A stretch of DNA of 64,000 nt from an uncultured Chloroflexia bacterium (GTDB lineage: Bacteria; Chloroflexota; Limnocylindria; Limnocylindrales; CSP1-4): NCBI GenBank assembly GCA_963817745.1, contig CAWFPC010000006.1, positions 261,286-325,285 on the forward strand, written 5' to 3'. This document shows, piece by piece, positions 59,122 through 64,000 of this stretch. Under the pieces are notes generated by a model. That model did not search any database, was not told where the DNA came from, and saw only the letters and a program-made list of their open reading frames with translations. Position 1 is the stretch's first letter, and every line of letters starts with the position of its first letter. Position numbers and translations under genes: made by a program.

Positions 59122-59952
59122 ATGACCGCCCGGCTCGCGACCGTCCTCGCCACCATCGACGGGTGGGGCGCGGACCATGCAGCCGCGGCGGTCGTCGGCC
59201 CGTCCGGCGTGCTCGCCACGCACGGTGACACCGACCACGTCTTCCGCTGGGCGTCGATCACGAAGCTCGTGACGGCGCTAGCGGTCCTCATCGCCGTCGA
59301 GCGCGGCGACATCGATCTCGATGAACCGGCGGGTCCGCCGGGGTCGACCGTCCGGCACCTCCTCGCGCATGCCTCCGGGCTCCCGTTCAACGGCGACACC
59401 GTCCTCGCCCGGCCCGGGACGATGCGGATCTACTCGAACCCCGGGTACGACGCGCTCGGGGCGCTGCTCGCCGAGCGCCGCGGGACCACGCCTGCCGACG
59501 CGCTCCGCGACTCGGTCCTCACGCCGCTTCGGATGCATGGTGCCGCACTCCGCGAGCGTCCGTCGCAGGGCCTGTACGGGACGCTGCACGACGCGGCGGC
59601 GGTCGCCGGCGAGCTGCTGCGGCCGACCCTGATCGCCGCCGCCACGCATGCCGCGATGACGAGCGTCGCGTTCCCGGGTCTCAAGGGCGTGCTGCCCGGG
59701 ATCGGCCCGTTCGATCCGTTGGACTGGGGCCTCGGCCCGGAGCTCCGCGACGGCAAGGACCCGCATTGGACCGGTGGCACGAACTCGCCGGCCACGTTCG
59801 GGCATTTCGGTGGTGCCGGCACGTTCGTGTGGGTGGATCCCGTGCTCGATCGTGCCCTGGTGTGCCTGACGGACCGCGAATTCGGCCCATGGGCTCTCGA
59901 GGCGTGGCCGCGGCTGTCCGACGCCGTTATCGAGACGCTTGTAGCGCCCTGA
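59122..59952 (+). CDS. Beta-lactamase-fold serine hydrolase (class C / esterase-like)
   Basis: Intact. S-x-x-K as WASITKLV, Y-x-N as IYSNPGY, HFGGAG near the C-terminus. Confidence 0.82.
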   Translation: MTARLATVLATIDGWGADHAAAAVVGPSGVLATHGDTDHVFRWASITKLVTALAVLIAVERGDIDLDEPAGPPGSTVRHLLAHASGLPFNGDTVLARPGTMRIYSNPGYDALGALLAERRGTTPADALRDSVLTPLRMHGAALRERPSQGLYGTLHDAAAVAGELLRPTLIAAATHAAMTSVAFPGLKGVLPGIGPFDPLDWGLGPELRDGKDPHWTGGTNSPATFGHFGGAGTFVWVDPVLDRALVCLTDREFGPWALEAWPRLSDAVIETLVAP

Positions 59953-60072
59953 TCGAGGTCCGTGAGGGTCCTGTGTCGGCGGCGCGTCGATGATGCCGCC
60001 GAGGCGGCCGGACCGCCACCCTGCCGGAGCCCGCCCGCGACCAGCGATCAGCGAGACAAGGAGTCCCCGACC

Positions 60073-60267
60073 ATGTGCCTGAACTGTGGATGCATGCGTG
60101 CCCACGACGACATGGGCAAGCCCGGCATCAACATCACCTACGAGGACGTCAAGCGCGCGGCCGATGCCAACGGGACGACCGTCGACGAGGCGCTCGCGAC
60201 GATCGCGCGGACGTCGGACAAGGACCGCGGCGATCACCCGAACGAGTACCCCGCGACGTCAGCCTGA
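60073..60267 (+). CDS. 64-aa protein with an N-terminal Cys cluster (MCLNCGCM..H)
   Basis: AAGGAG lies 8 nt upstream. Reads MCLNCGCMRAHDDMGKPGINITYEDVKRAADANGTTVDEALATIARTSDKDRGDHPNEYPATSA. A weak hairpin (60288-60306) lies downstream. Confidence 0.6.
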   Translation: MCLNCGCMRAHDDMGKPGINITYEDVKRAADANGTTVDEALATIARTSDKDRGDHPNEYPATSA

Positions 60268-60490
60268 TCCAACGCCGGAGGGATCGGGCGGACGCCTGAC
60301 GTCCGCAGCGCGATCACGCACGCATCGCAACGAACCTGTAACGGTCCGTCGCAGGGCGGCAGAGCCAAACCTGCCGTCGCGCGGAACCGAGACTTCGGCG
60401 AAACGGAGAACCGTCCAGCGGGCGGGTGTGCGCGCTTGTGAGGGCGCCGCGACGGCGTTTCAGGACCCCGCGCATCCCGCAGGAGGATCG

Positions 60491-61793
60491 ATGATGCGTC
60501 GGAATCTGATGGCCGTGGGTGCCGCGGCCCTGTTCGCGATCAGCGCATGCACGAACGGGGGCGCGAGCCAGAGCCCCGCAGGCGCCAGCGCAGCCTGCCT
60601 CGACCCCGCCAGAGACCAGCCCGTCGGCGGCGGCATCGACCGGGTTCGACCCGATGTCGATCTCGGGCCCGGTCGTGTTCTCCGGCTGGCAGGCATCCGA
60701 GGAGGAGGGCGCCGCACTCGAGGCCGTGCTCGCCGACTTCGCGACGGCCTATCCGCAGATCCAGGTCGACTACCAGCCGGTGGCCGGCGACTATCCCGCC
60801 GCGATGACCGCCAAGTTCAGCGCCGGCGAGCCGCCGGACCTCTTCTACGTCGACTCGAGCGTCGCCCGGAGTGGATCGACGAGGACGTGCTCGTCGATCT
60901 CGAGCCGCTCGCCGCCGAGCGCGGATTCGACACGAGCGCGTTCTTCCCGGGCTACCTCGACGCGTTCCGGGGCCCGAGGGCGGCGTCTTACGGGTTCCCC
61001 AAGGACGGCAACACGCTGGCGATGGCCTACAACACCTCGATGCTCGAGGCGGCCGGCATCGCGCCGCCGACCAACTGGACCGAGCTGGACGGCAGCCGCG
61101 ACCGCCCTGACGACGGGCGACACGAAGGCCTTCTGCCTCAACCACACGCCTCGATCGGGCGCTCGCGTTCATCTACCAGAACGGGGGCAGCCTGCTCAGC
61201 GACGACAAGACCCAGAACACGTTCGACTCGCCCGAGACACGGGCGGCCCTGCACGACGTACCTCGGCTGGTTCGCCGGCGGCCAGGCGGCCCGTGCCGCC
61301 GACCTCGGTGACGACTGGTGCGGCAAGTCCCTCGGCGAAGGCAAGGTCGCGATGATCTTCGAGGGCGGCTGGCTCGACCCGTACATGGAGCAACACCTAC
61401 CCCGACACGGCGTACGCGTGGGCGCCGATGCCGCAGGGCACCGAGCAGGCGACCCTCGGCTTCACGGTCAGCTACTCGATCGGCGTCGATTCGGCGAACC
61501 AGGATGCGGCCTGGGTACTCCTGCAGTACCTGACCGGCCCCGAGGGCATGACGACCTGGACCGAGGGCGGCGTCGCCAACCCGTCGCGCCAGGACGTGCC
61601 CGCGGCGGCCGGCAAGGAGATCCTCGTCGACGGCGCGGCGTACGCCCACCCGTGGAGCTTCATCCCGGGCTTCAGCGCCATCAACGACGCCTTCAACAAC
61701 GCGATGACGGCGCAGATCGAAGCCAAGAGCGACGATCCGGCGCCGGTCGTCGACGCGACGACGACCGCGATCGACCAGGCGCTGGGCGGCTGA
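60491..61793 (+). pseudogene. Sugar ABC transporter substrate-binding lipoprotein, about five apparent frameshifts
   Basis: AGGAGG RBS. Leader MMRRNLMAVGAAALFAISACTNG. VVFSGWQASEEEGAALEAVLADFATAYPQIQVDYQP...GFPKDGNTLAMAYN...GKVAMIFEGGWL...GFTVSYSIGVDS, spread over three frames. Confidence 0.82.
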
Positions 61794-61848
61794 CCACGGC
61801 CCGCGGCCCGGCACCCTCCGGGCGCCGGGCCGCTCGCCGGACACCCCG

Positions 61849-62807
61849 ATGGCCGCTCGCCACGTCCGTCGCCGTCGACCAGCCGAGGCACGTTCCGCAG
61901 CGAACGCCGAGCCGAGCTCATCGCCGGCCTGACGCTCATCGCGGTGCCGATGGCGTTCTTCCTGGTCCTCCGGGTCGGGGCGATCCTGTACGCGGTCTAC
62001 ATCAGCTTCTGGGAGTGGGGGCTGCGCGGCCCGCGCGAGTTCCTCGGCTCGGCCAACTACGAGCAGCTCCTGAGCGACCCGATCTTCCACAAGGCGATCG
62101 CGAACACGCTCTACTACACGGCGTCTGGGTGCCGCTGACCATGGCACTCGGTCTGCTGCTGGCGGTGGTCGTCAACCAGAAGATCCGCGGCCAGACGTTC
62201 TTCCGCGCGGCCTTCTACTTCCCGGCCATCGCGAGCTCGGCCGCGATCACGGTGCTCTGGCTGTTCATCTTCGCGCCGCTCGGCCTGTTCAACGACGTCC
62301 GCGAGCGCGCTGGGCCTGAACCCGCTGTTCGAGGCTCTTCGGGATCGGCCCGAACCACAACTGGATCGGGACCAGCAACACCGCGCTGAACACGATCATC
62401 GCGCTCAACGTGTGGACGACGTCGGGCACGTTCATGGTGTTCTACCTCGCCTCGCTCCAGACGCATCAACGAGGACCTGTACGAGGCGGCCGCCATCGAC
62501 GGGGCCGGCGCCATGGGCGATGTTCTGGCGGATCACGTTCCCGCTGCTCCGGCCGGCCCACTACTTCGTCGCGACGGTCGCGGTCATCGGGGCGCTGCAG
62601 ATGTTCGACCAGGCGTACATCGGCGGCGGGCCGGACGGGACGCCGAACAACTCGTTGACGACGATCGTCCTGTTCATCTATCGATCGGCGATCAGCGACT
62701 TCGATTTCGGATTCGCCGCGGCGGTCGGCGTCGTCCTGTTCGCGATCATCTTCACGGCCACCGTCATCCAGCGTCGCCTGTTCGGGCAGACGCCGAGCTG
62801 GGTCTGA
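61849..62807 (+). pseudogene. Sugar ABC permease (MalF/UgpA-like), several apparent frameshifts. The start is uncertain.
   Basis: LTLIAVPMAFFLVLRVGAILYAVYISFWEW...FYFPAIASSAAITVLW...[28 protein letters not shown] (EAA loop). Confidence 0.8.
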
Positions 62808-62810
62808 CCG

Positions 62811-63733
62811 ATGATCCGGGATCGGGCCCTGCCGGCCATGGGCGACCTGCCGCGCGAGCCGGACGCGGTCGCCGGCGGCGCCGCCGGTGCGCTCGGGCGC
62901 GGCCATGGCGACGACGCATCGCGTACGCCTTCCTCATCGGCTACGCGCTGCTGATGTTCGTGCCGTTCGGCTGGACGGTCGTCACCTCGTTCAAGACGAT
63001 CCCCGACTCGGTCCAGCTCACGCTCATCCCGGACCCGTTCACCCTCGAGGGCTGGGAGACCGCGTGGACCGACCTCGACCCGGCGCTGCCCCGGCTGTTC
63101 GCCAACAGCTTCTTCCTGGCGTTCTCGGTGATGCTCAGCAACCTCGTGCTCGGCAGCATGGCCGGCTACGCCTTCGCACGACTTCGGTTCCCGGGCCGGG
63201 ACCTGCTGTTCCTGATCGTGCTCGCCTCACTGATGATCCCGGACCAGCTGCGCCTCGTGCCGGTGTACCTGATGCTCAACAACGGGCCGATCGACCTCGT
63301 CACGAGCGGTCCGGAGAACTACCTCTCGGTCGTCGTCGTGCTCGCGGTCCAGGTCGAGAGCGTCTTCCTGCTGCGCCAGTTCTTCCTGACGATCCCGCGC
63401 GAGCTCGAGGAGGCGGCCAAGCTCGATGGCGCGGGCTTCTTCACGACCTTCGCGCGGGTCATCCTGCCGCTGGCGACGCCGGCGCTCGCCGCGGTGGCGA
63501 TCCTCCAGTTCCAGGGCGCCTGGAACAACTTCTTCTGGCCGCTGATCCTGTACCAGGAGCAGAGCCACTGGACGTTGCCCCTCGGGCTGGCCCAGTTCCG
63601 TAGCTTCTTCGAGGTGAACTGGCCGGCGCTCACCGCCGTCATCGTCATGGCCACGCTGCCGATCCTCGTCCTGTACCTGTACTTCCAGCGCTACTTCGTC
63701 GCGGGCATCTCGGGGTCGGGTGTCAAGGGCTGA
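62811..63733 (+). pseudogene. Sugar ABC permease (MalG/UgpE-like), N-terminal frame change
   Basis: ATG lies 3 nt after the previous stop. The body reads YAFLIGYALLMFVPFGWTVVTSFK...ELEEAAKLDGAGFFTTFARVILPLATPAL (EAA loop) in the frame of ORF 62513-63733. Confidence 0.82.
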
Positions 63734-63752
63734 GGCGGTCGACTCGCCCGGC

Positions 63753-64000
63753 GTGCGCGCGGCGCTCCGGACCGCGGCGATCGACCTCTACTACCACTCC
63801 ATCCGGCTCGTGCCGGCGAACCTTGCCTGGGCCGCGCGTGCTCATGACCGGGGTGTTCGCCGCGTCGTGGGGCGCGCCGGTCGTGGCACTCATCGCGCTA
63901 CCGTGCCTCGCCCTGCCGCTCGTCGGTGTCGCGCGGCTTGCCGGCTTCATCGTCCGGCGGCAGGAGGTCGTGCTCTCCGATGCCGTCACGGCCGCACGAA
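63753..64000 (+). pseudogene. DUF624/YesL-like membrane protein, 5' part (runs off the right edge), one frame change
   Basis: RAALRTAAIDLYYHSIRLVPANLAWAA, shift at ~63835, then VLMTGVFAASWGAPVVALIALPCLALPLVGVARLAG. Confidence 0.5.

Noticed and set aside
1-64000. Search for mobile elements, prophage or integrative-island borders (integrase, transposase, direct repeats flanking lower-GC blocks).
   Set aside because: No recombinase-like translation was seen in any frame. The only lower-GC patches (10.5-10.8, 33.5-33.8 and 53.2-54.2 kb) are short intergenic or small-gene regions without flanking repeats.

Overview
This is a very GC-rich, actinobacterium-like chromosomal segment. Supporting signs are a DUF3090/SCO1664 gene pair, a class A PBP, AGGAGG-type RBSs and many leaderless-type starts. 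I can support about 60 protein-coding loci. I found no rRNA, tRNA, CRISPR array, transposase, integrase or obvious prophage genes.

Content from left to right:
- a stress-type neighbourhood (1-15.1 kb) with four histidine kinases, no response regulator, and several small stress or membrane proteins (Gly-zipper, CsbD/LEA-like, SRPBCC, GlsB/YeaQ/YmgE, a tiny lipoprotein);
- also within this first 15 kb: a GT4 glycosyltransferase, an ABC-2 exporter pair, a type IB topoisomerase and CorA;
- AI-2E transporter, SIMPL protein, PQQ-type sugar dehydrogenase, cupin, DUF72, MarR and YceI;
- an FAD oxidoreductase, amidinotransferase, M20 peptidase and MFS cluster;
- a large RecB/Cas4-like nuclease fused to an SF1 helicase;
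- DUF1992 and a class III aminotransferase;
- a translationally coupled ParB/Srx-like protein and metallophosphoesterase, next to SCO1664 and DUF3090;
- a membrane-anchored molybdoenzyme coupled to an orphan ABC ATPase;
- PBP1A;
- a four-gene MacB/FtsX-type ABC locus with two giant permeases;
- small housekeeping-type genes (DUF1801, ICMT, GNAT, GYD);
- a zinc-ribbon, class III cyclase, AAA and TPR (STAND-like) protein;
- msrA, a serine hydrolase and a sugar ABC uptake operon.

The most striking sequence-level property is that roughly half of the loci can only be read full-length by changing frame one or more times. The translation stays family-like on both sides of each junction. I label these loci pseudogene, but uncorrected indel errors in the assembly are at least as likely as real decay. 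All frameshift positions are approximate (+/- 15 nt).

I do not see a clear-cut new multi-gene system. The best candidates for follow-up are the nuclease-helicase fusion, the ParB-like/phosphoesterase pair, the giant FtsX locus, the ATPase-molybdoenzyme pair, the cyclase-STAND protein, a structured 415-nt spacer, and a recurrent leaderless promoter architecture.

All calls rest on reading translations and motifs by eye. No database search was run.
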